From assembly GCA_964016885.1 (NCBI GenBank), contig OZ024740.1:233430001-233494000 (forward strand): DNA of 64,000 nt, given 5' to 3'. The DNA comes from Eledone cirrhosa (Eukaryota). Positions 14,525 to 31,592 of this stretch are shown here, piece after piece (position 1 is the stretch's first letter; each line of letters opens with the position of its first letter). The notes beneath the pieces were generated by a model. It ran no database searches. It had not been told where the DNA came from and saw only the letters and a program-made list of their open reading frames with translations. The translations under genes and the position numbers were made by a program.

Positions 14525-16961
14525 ATGTCCAACAGGAACAACGCCCTCGCATCCCTTCAGACGACTACACCATCCCCAACAACACCCCCTCAACAACAAC
14601 AACAACAACACCCAACAAGGCTGCCACCAACAGCAAAACTGTCACCCCCAGCATCGTCGCCATCTTCTCCATCACCTTCATCTCCGGTGGTGGCGGAAAA
14701 GGCTCCGGCACGGATACATTTACCATCGAATCAAACCTCAAGCGGAAGTGTCATTGTGGTGACGAAACCAACATTTTCCCTATTGTCTTCTAATAACCAA
14801 TTATCACCTGCCTCGCTACCTCGTCGTTCCGAAATTACCTCGTCACCGGCACAATCTTCTGTATCCCCGCCTTCCAATAGTGACGGCCCTTCTTCAGAAC
14901 AACACCGACATGAACAGCCAGTATCTCCGCACACTCGTCTGGAAAGGGTGTGGGAGGTTAAGGAGTTTACCGTGGATACAAGTCAAGTAGGACCGGAAAA
15001 TTTGGTTGTGATCCAACAACAGAGTCGGTCGCCACGTTCTAACAGCGATTCCATTACAGGTATTGGCAATGTTGAAGATGGTGGGGCTGGAGGAGATGGT
15101 GGTGGTGATCCTCATGATGACGACGATGACGACGACGTAGATGAGGAGGAGGAGGAGGACGACGACGATGAAGAGGAAGATGATGATGATGATGATGATG
15201 AGGATGATCGACATATCAGTGCTGGTAGTGGTAGTGGTGGTGGTGGTGGTGGTGGCGGCGGTGGTGTAGGCACTGGTGTAAACAATGATGGTGGAAGCAT
15301 CGATGACGGTCGTAGAAACGATATTAATCGTCGGAACAACCATAGCAGCGCTGGTGGTAGTGTTGATGATGCTAGAAGAGGAAATACTAATGTGTATAAT
15401 AGTAATATTATCAGTTGTAGTGGTGGTGTTGAAAATAACAGAAATAGAGTTAGCGGCGACAGTACCATTACTGTTACTGCGGCTGTTGCCAACCACCCCT
15501 CTTTAAATCTAAACTCACCCTTTCGCAGTAACTCTACTGCTATCACCCTCACATCCTCACTGGGTCTATCTATTCCAGACTCCCAATCGCAGCCGACAAC
15601 TACATCCCCACCACCGCCACCGCCACCACCACCGTCAGTTTTCTCTCTACAGCACACGCAGCAGATCTCTCCCCACGCCGCACACCATTCCCCTTCTCCC
15701 TCGCGCCTTACGCTGTCGGCTCTTCCGCCGCCGCCGCCGCCGCCGCCACCACCACCACATTCAACACCATCCCTCGTACTGCCAACGCCGCCGGCACCGC
15801 CGCCGCCACCACCACCACCACCACCACCAACACGATCAAATGCATTCAGCGTGATTCAAGAACAGACGTCTCTCGTCTCTCCACTGCTTCAGAATACCCA
15901 CTATCCCCACGGTCACTTCTATGACGGCTCTTTTGACAAACTCCGATCCGAAGACGTTGACCATATATTGAAAAGTGTTGAGACAACAGTTAAACCCGTT
16001 CTCGGGCCAATATCATACTATAATCAAACGACCGAAGGAACAACATTAACACCGTTAACACCACTCTACACGCAATCAATGTCGTCCGGTACACTTCACC
16101 CATACCCCCACATCTTCGACCCTACACCGGGTATCAGGTTAAATGGGTTATCAGGCCCTGTTTTCGGGGCCGGGACTGGTGTCCTATCAATGTCACCCCC
16201 AAGCTATAGCGATGTCACAGGTCCTACTTCCTTTCTTTCGCAACCCCATTTCATAGCGTCATCATCACCTGCTTCTCCGTCGTCGAATTCGTCGTCATCA
16301 TCATCATTGGCTACAGCGGCACCATCATCATCCTCATCTGTTGCAACATCATCTGTTGCATCTTCGACCGTGTCAACCATTTGCAATGTAGGACCCATCG
16401 GCTCCTCATCTCCATCATCGAATAATCTGACAGAGCTGCAGCCCGCAGCCGACGAAAGCATTGAGAATCAGCTGTTGTCAGGTAATCACCTACAACTGCT
16501 TACCAGTCATCAATCCCATGGGGCCACGATGCACACACCACCCCTTCTCCAACCGACCCTTAGTCAACATGCAACCTTACTACCTATATCCTACATTTAT
16601 CAACCAGTACAAAACACAAACATAGATTTTGGACCGATGTCAACATTAGGAATGGGTGGTCTGGGGGGTAATGGGGGTGGAGGAGTGGTAAGCAATGCTG
16701 GTGGTATAGGGCTCCCTTTACACAACAATGCTCAACGTATTCTCAACCCCTACCACAACGCTGTAACAATGACCAGTGTTATACCTAATCTACCAAATTC
16801 ACCGACCCATTCGTCGGTCGCGACCGGACACTTGAGAACAAGCGGTGGACGTACATCGGATTTGAACTCACTCGACAGAAACGGGCGTTCCTACCCTTAT
16901 ATCCACGAAGGATGTTCTTGGGATACAAATACAACATACGATTCCAAGAATTTCCAGACAG
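14525..16961 (+). CDS. Large, probably first coding exon (~812 codons) of an unidentified host protein; disordered, with poly-Q/D-E/G/P/S tracts, typical of a transcription-factor N-terminus
   Basis: The 824-codon ORF is GC-richer than its flanks and has complex sequence between the homopolymers. An in-frame TAG at 14495 precedes the ATG. A consensus donor CAG|GTAAGT lies at 16961/16962 (phase 1), followed by an abrupt switch to AT-rich intron-like DNA. No domain was recognised. Confidence 0.8.
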
Positions 16962-17097
16962 GTAAGTTGATTTCATTCATTTCGCTCACCTGCAATTAAA
17001 GTGCATGTTTACATATTTGAATAAATAAATTATATATATATATATTATATATATAATTTATTTATATTAATAAATAAATTATATATATATATATATA

Positions 17098-17210
<113 letters not shown>

Positions 17211-17312
17211 GTATATATATATATAATTTATTTATTCAATTATGTAAACATGTATATATATTATGAAATACTGTTGGCTTCTTGCTCACAATAATTTCTA
17301 TATTTTCATTTA

Positions 17313-17395
<83 letters not shown>

Positions 17396-17579
17396 AAAAA
17401 TTTATTTAATTAAATATGCAAACATATATATATATATATACATGTGTGTGTGTGTCTGTATGTATGTGTATATGTAAGTGTATGTGTGAATCTGTGTGTG
17501 TGTTAGTTTAAATATATTAATGTTTATTATAGATAAAATTGTGTATATTTGAGGGAGTCGGTATTATTAAATTGCAGAG

Positions 17580-17627
<48 letters not shown>

Positions 17628-17863
17628 TTTTATGCATGTATATATTGAACAAGGTATACTAAAAAATATTTGTAAGCGTATATAAGAAAAATCTGCGAAT
17701 ATATTTTAAGTGTATTTATGCTTTTAATATTTACATATGTAAATATGTAAATATTTACATGTCAACACAAGAGCAAGAATGAAGAGTTCATTCTACTGAC
17801 ATGGCTTTTAAAATGAGGCGTGTTTGCATAATTGTAAACGAATCGAATGTTATTATTAATATT

Positions 17864-18055
17864 AAGGGTGGTGGATTGGCAGAATTGGTAGAGGGTCGGA
17901 CGCCATGCTTTGACGCATAGAGTTACGGCCCTTGCCATTCTGAGATCAAATCCCGCCGAGGTTAACTATGCCTTTCATCCTTACGGGGATCGATAAAATA
18001 AAGTACCAGTAATACACTGGGATAATTGCTGACCTTGTGTCAAAAGTAGAAACAT
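17864..18055 (+). mobile_element. SINE family A with TSD TTATTAATATT
   Basis: Full consensus with a flanking direct repeat. Confidence 0.9.
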
Positions 18056-18088
18056 TTATTAATATTCGAAAAACTCCGATTACATTCG

Positions 18089-18375
<287 letters not shown>

Positions 18376-18586
18376 TCATATATATATATATATATATATA
18401 TGAAGATGTATATATATATATATATATATATATGTTCATGTATATATATATATTGAACATGTATGCGAATATAAAAGTGTGTGTGTGTATGTGTTCGTGA
18501 ATATGTATAAGTGTTTGTGTATATATGAGTGTTACCCTGTGTATATGAGTGTGTATGATTGTATATCTTGAATATGTATATATATA

Positions 18587-18696
18587 TAATTGTTTCTACT
18601 CTTTGGCACAAGGCCAGCAATTATGCCAGTGCATTACTGGTACTTTATGTTATCGACCCCGTAAGGATGAAATGCAAAGTTAACCTCGACCGGATT
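18587..18696 (-). mobile_element. SINE family A, 5'-truncated
   Basis: 3' half of the consensus. Confidence 0.85.
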
Positions 18697-18937
18697 ATAA
18701 TGTCTGTTTATGTATGAGTGTATTCGTCTTTGTGTGGGTCTGTTTGTGAGTGTCTAATGTGACGATATATAAGTTTATAGATGCATAAAGGAACTTATAT
18801 CTGTAGCTATATAACAGTATGTGTATTGTTTGTGAGAAAGTATATATATGGTAAGTATGTATGTATGTATGAATGTGTGTATGTATATATGTATATAATG
18901 TAATGTAAACATCAATGCTTGTATTTATGCTTAAGTA

Positions 18938-19027
18938 CAGGGTGTCCCAAAAAATGTATACACATATTTATTAGTAGGCTGTTGAAGTGTATATTTTTTT
19001 TTTGGGGGGGGGAGGGGGGACATCCTG
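18938..19027. mobile_element. Small Tc1/mariner-type MITE
   Basis: TA|CAGGGTGTCCC...GGGACATCCTG|TA gives inverted termini with a TA target duplication. Confidence 0.65.
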
Positions 19028-19073
19028 TATATGTATATATGTATATATGTATGTATATATATATATATATATA

Positions 19074-19145
<72 letters not shown>

Positions 19146-19366
19146 TATATATATTTACATACATACATACATACATATAAGCATAAAAACATGCATAGAT
19201 GTTTACATTCCATACATACATGCGTACGATTCTATATATGTATATTTGTATGTATACACACATACACATAGATATATACATATATATACACACACACACA
19301 TATATATATATATATACATATTTACATATATATATATGTGTGTGTGTCTGTGTGTGTGTGTGTGTG

Positions 19367-19467
<101 letters not shown>

Positions 19468-19900
19468 CAAGTCGGTGTATTCCACTTAGCCAACGTGAAC
19501 CAGTTAGCAACCAATAAACAAACATACCATAAACACCAAGTCAATCTCCTATAGAAAGCATAAATAAAGGCATACATTTTTACAAAAATTGAAGTTGTTG
19601 TTATGCTGCGTAGCCCTAGGTTAGACATAATAGAGAAAACCTTTGATTAAAACGTAACACCCTAACCATCAATATTAATTCAAACCTACATTATATAGTA
19701 CAATGTATATTATTTTATTCATAATAGTAGCATAAGCTTAGGAGACGTTGGGATGGGTTGTATATAAAACATACAAATATAAATATATATAAATGTAAAT
19801 ATATTTATGTGTCTACAACTATATATATACATATATATATATATAGCGGATCTAGCTGTCGAAACGGCCAAAGCTGAACCGTCGAAGTCCTGATTCTTTT

Positions 19901-19943
<43 letters not shown>

Positions 19944-20089
19944 ATGATTTCTCACGAATGAAACAGTTCTAGTCCTGTAGAAGCTCTTCTATATTAAAAC
20001 TTATATATATATGTATATATATATAAAGTTGTATACACACCCACACATACATATACTTATAAATACATACTTATATGTAATATTTCATA

Positions 20090-20198
<109 letters not shown>

Positions 20199-20262
20199 GC
20201 ACATATATTTATATATAAATTGAATCCAGATGCATCACTGATTTTTCGTTTTATATCATATA

Positions 20263-20294
<32 letters not shown>

Positions 20295-20359
20295 GGTGTA
20301 TAAAATAGAATTAAGAATAACCTCTACTTCGATTACTTTAAACAATATCTCGTTAACTT

Positions 20360-20439
<80 letters not shown>

Positions 20440-20673
20440 GCATGTATATGTATGAATATATAACCATTAAAATATTCATATATAAATACCGTAAACATTC
20501 CCGTAACATCTCATATCATTCTTCATTATGTGTGGTGCCTAATTACAGAGATTTCACAAACACGCCGTTATATTTTATTTTCCTTATCTACAGACACAAA
20601 CACCACACGCGCATTTAATGTGTATATATACTGATGTATGTATGTAGTATGTATGTATGTATATATACGAATG

Positions 20674-20720
<47 letters not shown>

Positions 20721-20871
20721 ATATATATACTATATATATGTATATATATATATTTATATATTTATATATATATGTTTATATATATATTTGTTTATATATA
20801 TATGTTTATATATATATGTTTATATATATATTATTAAAATATGCGAATGTATATATATATATATATATATA

Positions 20872-20933
<62 letters not shown>

Positions 20934-20966
20934 TATATATATACATATATATAGTATATATATAAT

Positions 20967-20999
<33 letters not shown>

Positions 21000-21059
21000 A
21001 TATAATTATATATATATACTATATATATGTATATATATATATTTATATATATATATATA

Positions 21060-21104
<45 letters not shown>

Positions 21105-21398
21105 TCGCATATTTTAATAATATATATATATTATATAAAGTTAGTTGAGCAGGTATACATTATACACACATGTTCACACTGTCAACTATACGCACCTTCA
21201 TATATATATATATGTCGCTTCAGAAACTACATCACACGCCCACATTAAATACAGCTTTGCTCTCCATCCTTACGGGGTCGATAAAATAAAGTACCAGTAA
21301 TACACTGAGGTTCGATTTCATCGATATTCCCCTGCCCCAAATTAGTTGGCCTTGTAGCTAAATCAGAAACCATTACACATATATATATATATACACAC

Positions 21399-21458
<60 letters not shown>

Positions 21459-21503
21459 GTTTGTACCTCATTACACAATGCTTCAAGTGAACTATAACCT
21501 CCT

Positions 21504-21605
<102 letters not shown>

Positions 21606-21871
21606 TATATATATATGATTATATACTAGACAGATTCCTGAGTTGTGTTTTTATGTGTATATACTTATATTACGTTTTCGTTTTTCTTTATCCCCAGGAC
21701 AAGATTTTGTGATTTTGCATCTCTCTTGTCTTGCTTATATTTGAACTATATATATATACATACATACATATATACATGCATGCATTCATACATACATACA
21801 TACATACACACATACATACATACATACATACATACATACATACATACATACATACATACACGCATACATAC

Positions 21872-21902
<31 letters not shown>

Positions 21903-21968
21903 CATACATACATACATACATACACGCATACTTACATACATACATACGTACATTCATACATTCATACA

Positions 21969-22002
<34 letters not shown>

Positions 22003-22213
22003 AACATGAATGCATCTATTATTTTTATCTAAAGGCATTTTTTCCAAATCCACCCCCGCCCGTCCCTTCAATCTATCTTATTTCACATTCTTTCTTCTGA
22101 TAAAGGACTAGCGTCCCAAACGTTAAGACCCTCTACCTGCTATATTAAGTGTTAATCTAATATATTCCTTCCATATACTGTACCGATTGTGTTGTTATTT
22201 CTGTTTACCTTTT

Positions 22214-22307
<94 letters not shown>

Positions 22308-22404
22308 ATCTATATATATATACGTATGTATGTATGTAAGTATGTTAACGTGTCTGTATGTTTACACCCTCCTCTCACATATACGAATATATATATATAT
22401 ATAC

Positions 22405-22549
<145 letters not shown>

Positions 22550-22957
22550 TATAATACTACAGCACATCCATACTGACAAAAAATCCCGTAAAATGTGTTC
22601 TTAAAAAAAAAATGAAATCTGGAATATATTGTGCATATACCTGTGATCAATCTGAATTCACTTTGCGTTCTAAAATGGCCGCTTCTCCGCTTCTGTGCAT
22701 ACTGAAGCGTCAAGGCTTGTTCGGCAAGAGTTAGCGTGGCGAAGATCCACCTTTAATGTATATTTTTACCTCTATATATCTATCAAACATATCAAAATGT
22801 ATGCATATACCCACACACAGAAATTTGAATGCTTGCATACATACATACATACCTACATACATACATACATACATACATACATACATACATACATACTTAT
22901 ATACATACATCTGTACATACATACATGCATACATACATACATACATACATACATACA

Positions 22958-22989
<32 letters not shown>

Positions 22990-23355
22990 CAAAAATTACG
23001 TGATGTCTGGGCAAACAAAATTGGCCGAGCCTAACCCAAATGTTAGCTATAAATATTTCTTATTAAATATACTATACTATGTAAACAACATTCAATACTT
23101 TACAAAAATTCGAATTTCAGGTTTGATTCTGTGTATAATTCACTACATGACTATTATTTTGATGTAAGTTACAATGCCCACTACTGTTCCAAATCAATGT
23201 AAATCCTTACACATAAGATTAATTCCTCATTAAAACTAATGAGAAATTAAAGACTGTACAGGGTGGTACAGTGTAGGGGGTTTTGTATAAAATATAATTT
23301 ATAAGAGAGATTAAGAAAATAATAATAAACATATTGATAATAACAATAAACATAT

Positions 23356-23635
23356 TTATATTATTATATTGTATTATATTATATTATATTATATTATATT
23401 ATATTATATTATATTGTATTATATTATACAATTATATTATATTATATTATATTATATTATATGATATTATATTATATTATAATATATATTATATTATATT
23501 ATATTATATCATATTATATTATATTATATTATATCATATTATATTGTATTATATTATATTATATTATATTATATTATATTATATTATATTATATTATATT
23601 ATATTATATCATATTATATTATATTATATTATATA
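23356..23635. repeat. (ATATT)n pentanucleotide array
   Basis: Seen directly. Confidence 0.95.
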
Positions 23636-23882
23636 TATTTTACAAATCATTTTTTACTCTGCTCACATGTGTGGAGTGTTCATTCAGTTAATGAGTGAAC
23701 GATCAATGTACACTCGTAAAATAACACAGCCCTCAGAAAATAATATATTAGGCTATATTAAATTATACTATATATATTATGACACGGGTGTAAATCAAGA
23801 TAGATATACTTCTATATAGACGTTATACATATAATGGTGTGTTTACATTCGTATATTGGAAAATACACTTACCATTCCGAGA

Positions 23883-23929
<47 letters not shown>

Positions 23930-24158
23930 GTAGATCTAAAGAATTTTGTTACATATAAGATACACTCTACATATTGTATTGAATATTCTCTTATCTATTC
24001 ATCGAAACTTTACATATATACATATATATATATATATATGCGTGTGTGTGTCTGATGGTAGCTAAGATGCTTCCATAGGCGGTATGCTGGTTGAGCACTC
24101 TATGCTCTTACAGAGCAGAGTATGATAGAATAGAAAACGAAAAATCAGTGATGCATCA

Positions 24159-24222
<64 letters not shown>

Positions 24223-24302
24223 CATATGTGTGTGTATATAATATATATGTATATAATGATATGAATAGGTAAAACAACTTTGTTGTTATATTTATTGTTA
24301 AA

Positions 24303-24490
24303 GGGCGGTGGATTGGCAGTATCGGTAGAGGATCGGGCGCCATGCTTTGACGCATAGAGTTACGGCCCTTGCCATTCTGAGTTCAAATCCTGCCGAGGTT
24401 AACTTTGCCTTTCATCCTTACGGGGTCGATAAAATAAAGTACCAGTAATGCACTGCGTAATTGCTGGCCTTGAGCCAAAAATGGTAACAA
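24303..24490 (+). mobile_element. SINE family A with 17-bp TSD
   Basis: TTATATTTATTGTTAAA at 24286-24302 and 24491-24507. Confidence 0.93.
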
Positions 24491-24521
24491 TTATATTTAT
24501 TGTTAAATTAAAACGTAATAG

Positions 24522-24584
<63 letters not shown>

Positions 24585-25109
24585 ATTAGAATAAAAGAAC
24601 AGGAACTCGTTATTTATATCTAAAGAATTGCCCATTGAATCAATTGCACCCTGATCTGGTAAATCCCACTTTCATTATCATCACCCAACCTTTATAAAGA
24701 AGCGATTTTGAGTGTAAATTCATATATGTTCTAAATGTCTACAGAATATGAGAACGTAGTTTTCATATTTTATAAGATTGACATACCAATTTAATGTTCC
24801 ACGAAATTTAAATCTATTTAATGTAACAATTATTTTTAAAAATATATATTCTGTCGGATGAAAGAAATAATCATAGAATGTATTCCTGAGACTTTTCACT
24901 TTAACCTTTTACCTATAACATTGGATGCCAAAATTACACCTGATGTCCCCCTTCTATACACATCCATACATGTGTATATGACTCATGACTCATGCACTGT
25001 TCATTTTCCTGGCGTTTTTACATTACCCTATGTACTATACATACACTTTTGATGAGTTGTAGCGCATCTGAGCACTGTACACAATATTTTCATTATTATT
25101 ATTAATTAT

Positions 25110-25302
25110 GTGGCAGTGGATTGGTAGTAACGGTAGAGGGTCAGATGTCCTGCTTTGACGCATAGAGTTACGGCCCTTGCCATTCTGAGTTCAAATCCCA
25201 CCGAGGTTAACTTTGCCTTTCATCCTTACAGGGTCGATAAAATAAAGTACCAGTAATGCACTGAGTAAATTGCTGGCCTTGTGCCAAAAGTAGAAACAAT
25301 TA
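25110..25302 (+). mobile_element. SINE family A
   Basis: Full consensus match. Confidence 0.9.
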
Positions 25303-25428
25303 TTATTTATATCGAGCTACAGGGCCTTTATATATATATATATTATATATATATATTTATATTTCGCTATATGTCTCTCCACCACTCCCCTACACACCCT
25401 TTGAACTCTCTTCCCACACACTTCTCAC

Positions 25429-25456
25429 CTGAGGAAGGGCTTATGCCCGAAACGTC
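25429..25456 (+). ncRNA. Minimal Penelope-type hammerhead core
   Basis: CTGAGGA-A-GGGC-TTAT-GCCC-GAAAC-GTC; stem I is only ~2 bp. It lies in a repeat (25375-25548) shared with 43825-43951. Confidence 0.65.
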
Positions 25457-25544
25457 GTTCCCCACCACCACCCCACTCTCCAGAGCGTGAAATTAATAAA
25501 CATTCGTTGTACTGCCTCTCTGTTTTGTTCCTGTTCAAATTTTC

Positions 25545-25597
<53 letters not shown>

Positions 25598-25854
25598 CAC
25601 ACACATACTAACACACTCCCACAAACACATATGTTGTTCATGTATGTATATCCGTATTTATGTGTGTATTAATGTATTTTTGTCGAAGCCTTTTGTTAGC
25701 AATTTACTTCAATAAATACCACACCGTACCCTGATAAATGGTTCATGAGAACTATATGAACCGGATGCGTTCTTAGATACATAGATACAAGCAAACAAAC
25801 ATTATCAACTATTTAGTATTGTTTAGAGTTCAGAGTGTCTATACCCATAAACAC

Positions 25855-25928
<74 letters not shown>

Positions 25929-26262
25929 GTTAGTGTATGTCCACGTTTGTCCTGAGTTTGTCGGCGTTGGTGTTTGTATGTGTCTATATAGAGAATGTGT
26001 TCCTCTATATTCGTCATGTCATCTATGTGTGAGTGATGGTGTTATCTATTTTCTTTGGATAATATGGAATATGACCGTATTGAAAGCTAGAGATAACTCT
26101 TACATTATTTCTCGTTCATTTTAGGTTAATAATACCGTAGAGACATAATCACACACATACACGTTCACATATACATACATACATGCATACATGCATGCAT
26201 ACATACATACATACATACATACATACATACATACATACATACATACATACATACATACATAC

Positions 26263-26783
<521 letters not shown>

Positions 26784-27426
26784 TCATACACATATTCATA
26801 CATATAGGCATGCATGTTCGTGCAGGATACGATTAATTGTTGAATGTACATTACTAAAGAATGTGATTATTCAGTTATATATCCTCACATATATTTATAT
26901 TTATGGAAATGTATACAAAGACATAGATATATGTACACACTTACATAAATATGCATATATATATATACATAGATACGTATATATAAGTATAATATATATA
27001 CGTATATAACATATATATATATACATACATATATATATTGTAAGTATAATATATATATATATATATATTTGAGGTTATAGTGGGTTATTTCAGTATTTTC
27101 ATTGGTAATATAAATTAAGCTCAATGACTCTTTTACCGTTCGTACTTCTCGAGCAAATAGATGTAGTACCAGACCGTTTATAATTCAAAATCCAGTAAAA
27201 AGTCAAATTATCCTGAGTCGGTTTTCTCGTTGCTTTTGTCCCTGCGGCTGGCTTACCGGTCGCAATCTTCAATTTGCAAAGCTGTCTAAACGTAATGTAA
27301 TTACTCTAAGGTAAAAATACCTTATTGAGTGCTTAGCTTCACATTCCGATTGCATTAGTCAGCTTAGCTGCAGCTAGAGCTTCGATTATGCTGAACTTCC
27401 ATTTATATATATATATATAGTTATTG

Positions 27427-27496
27427 CCTCGTCCGACGAACGAATGAAAACGTTTCTTTCGTATTCGCCTTATTCGGGAAACCTCTGGTAATGAGG
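27427..27496 (+). ncRNA. Type I hammerhead-like motif, U4C core
   Basis: CCTCGT-CCGACGA-A-CGAAT...ATTCG-G-GAA-ACC-TCT-GGT-A-ATGAGG; stems I, II and III all pair. Confidence 0.55.
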
Positions 27497-27523
27497 TAAT
27501 TATATTGTATTGTTTTTTTATAC

Positions 27524-27616
<93 letters not shown>

Positions 27617-27685
27617 TATGAAGAGAGAAGAAACATTTAGATATAATTAGTAATAAAATGTATCATACCTAAACTGTTCCTAAAT

Positions 27686-27773
27686 TCCTCGACTACGTAG
27701 TTTCGTGGCATAAACAAAAACAATATATCAAAGATATAGAGTCCTTGCGAGGTCTGCCGACTTATCAAGAGGA
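27686..27773 (-). ncRNA. Type I hammerhead ribozyme with compensated U3-A8 core
   Basis: TCCTC-TTGATAA-GT(C)GGCA...TGCCAC-GAA-ACTACGTAGT-C-GAGGA on the minus strand. Palindromic stem III and a GUC triplet. It lies in element ~27614-28127, whose ends recur at 6266-6392. Confidence 0.75.
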
Positions 27774-28123
27774 TACCTCATTTTACTAGTCTCAAGAACG
27801 CGTCTACACGACGTGAGAAAGAATCCCAAAAGGCGGAGGGGGAGACAGTCACGCGATATAACGGTCGAGAAACAGAGCTAAGCCTCTTATAACCACGAAG
27901 AAAATACCACGGAGGCGGAGGGGGTATTCATATCGAGGCCGTAGAAGAGGTAGTGAAGAAGGCGAGAAGTATGAGTAATGGAAGCTTTCCAGTTGTCCCC
28001 ACACTTCAAAGATTGCTCGACCAGAGGGAGTTATTAATATATTTAGAAACACACAGATACATGCGGACACACACATATATACATGAATGCATCCGCTCCC
28101 AACTGTGAGTTAAGGGTGCCAAC

Positions 28124-28174
<51 letters not shown>

Positions 28175-28888
28175 TCATATATTAAACTTATATACTTATA
28201 TAATACCTATATACATTATAAATATGTGATTGTATGTGTGACCACTGCTTATTTGCATCTTCTTAGAGCGTCGCTTCTCCTACATTGCCAAGCAGCATTA
28301 CATATATATTCTTTAACAATATATCCTTTACGCTGTCTCTCGATCTTGTAGACGGAGCAACAAAACTCTCAAGATCTATACCTTACCACCATAAAAATGG
28401 AAAGTCAAATTGGAGATTCTTGCCATAAATATACAAAACTCAAGAGGGGTCACGTGTTGAATGCCTGTGATAATATAGGGCTTACGAAGTTTATGAGGAA
28501 ACATTGAAACAACAAGCATAGAAACAATAATTTAAGAAACTTTTCCGCTCATAAGTTTTCTCCCATGCCAGATTTGTCAACGTCAACTATCATCTAAACG
28601 ACACCTTATATATACTTTGTATGTTCGCAATTTTTCCTGTGGGTTACCAGTAATTTCTTCAAATTGAACACGCTTTATACTAATCATTAAATTAAAGTCA
28701 TAAAGAAATGAGCATTTCCGTGCACCCTACATCAAACTATTAATCACACGTCTAATATCCTTAACGTAATACAAGATGTGGTAAGACTAATGAATAACCA
28801 TTGCATATGTTGTCCATTGGGGATTTTTGATTCAGGGTTAACACATGCACATACAAACACTCTCACATACACACACTCATACACACAT

Positions 28889-28928
<40 letters not shown>

Positions 28929-29121
28929 ACAAATGAAAATAGAGGAATTAATGTAAGCAAGAAGCCAACAGTAATTCAGACATATAAGTGACTATTACGT
29001 CAAGATGAAAAATATTTAACGTAAGATATGGGAAAATAATTTAATCCCAATTCAAAACATGTCGAGACCAGAAATTTTATCCACAGATTTTGTGTGATCC
29101 GGGGAAATATGTATATATATA

Positions 29122-29394
<273 letters not shown>

Positions 29395-29892
29395 TATATA
29401 CATATATCCGTGTGTGTATGAGTGTGTATATACAGACACACTCACATATATATACGTGTGTGTATGTATGTATGTATGTATGTAAAAAAGGCGGGTATGA
29501 TTTTTTCTCTTTATGGATATTTACGGAGAAATAACTCATAGTAGGATTAAAGCTCATCAGCAAAGGAAAGCTAGAGAAAAATCATTACACTATATATGGG
29601 AGAAATTAGCTAATCGCTATATAGTAGCATATGTCCATGGATTACGAGGTTTGACTAAAAAATTTAAAGGCACATTAACAGAATTGTTATTCTAGAATAG
29701 CTGAAACAAGTCATTGTAGTTGAACTGGATGGGGAAGTTAAAGGCCAATTATAGATGGGAAGAAGCTAGTAATAAAATACTAAAGATTGCATAATGTCGC
29801 ACATATCGGGGCTATATTAAATAGACACCCATGGTTAATTAACATATTTTGTAACTCCAGAGAAAGAAAATAGACGTTAAAAAAGAAAGTGT

Positions 29893-29932
<40 letters not shown>

Positions 29933-29948
29933 TATGCATATATATATA

Positions 29949-29997
<49 letters not shown>

Positions 29998-30035
29998 TAA
30001 AATAACAGATTAAAGTTTAAGCAAAGAATCGCTTA

Positions 30036-30088
<53 letters not shown>

Positions 30089-30096
30089 TATATATT

Positions 30097-30174
<78 letters not shown>

Positions 30175-30211
30175 ATACTTTGGGAGGGTCATGTTGCCAA
30201 ATTCAGAAACG

Positions 30212-30272
<61 letters not shown>

Positions 30273-30314
30273 CATATATGTATATATATATACATATATA
30301 TATATATTTATATG

Positions 30315-30375
<61 letters not shown>

Positions 30376-30376
30376 G

Positions 30377-30465
<89 letters not shown>

Positions 30466-30531
30466 GTATATATATATATATAAATATATATATTTATATA
30501 TATACATATATATATACACAAAAACATATAA

Positions 30532-30701
<170 letters not shown>

Positions 30702-30774
30702 TTGAATACATATATTTATATATATACATATATATAAATATATATATATGTACATCTATCTAACTCTCTCTCTA

Positions 30775-30924
<150 letters not shown>

Positions 30925-30930
30925 TATGTA

Positions 30931-31038
<108 letters not shown>

Positions 31039-31093
31039 TATATATGTATATATATATATATATATAAATATATATAATTATATATATATATAC

Positions 31094-31131
<38 letters not shown>

Positions 31132-31313
31132 ATATATCTATATATATATATGTACATTTATCTATCTCTCTCTCTATATATATATAGAGAGAGAGAGAGA
31201 GAAAACAAAAGAAACAAAAGCAAACGAAGGGGTAAATGTTACATGGTATTATTAGTTTCACGCTTGGTGAGAGAGTGTGCGTATGGATGGGTGTGTGTGT
31301 GTGGGGGGGGGGG

Positions 31314-31369
<56 letters not shown>

Positions 31370-31455
31370 ATGTATATACTATATTATCACAGGCATTCAA
31401 CACGTCACCGCTCTGGATTTTTGTATATTTATGTTAAGAATCTCCAATATGTATG

Positions 31456-31503
<48 letters not shown>

Positions 31504-31520
31504 TATATATATATATATAT

Positions 31521-31585
<65 letters not shown>

Positions 31586-31592
31586 AAAAAGG

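Noticed and set aside
15940-16620. Assigning the large exon to GATA or Onecut (EDVDHIL, TTLTPLTP, LLPISYI resemble short N-terminal motifs)
   Set aside because: The similarities are too short and no DNA-binding domain lies in the window, so no symbol was given.
24303-24395. tRNA genes at SINE heads
   Set aside because: A and B boxes are present, but there is no complete cloverleaf and they continue into a SINE body with TSDs.
26041-26097. Hammerhead candidate (AATATGG/CCGTATT-GAAAGCTA-GAGATAA)
   Set aside because: Stem II and the 3' half fit, but there is no recognisable CUGANGA core.
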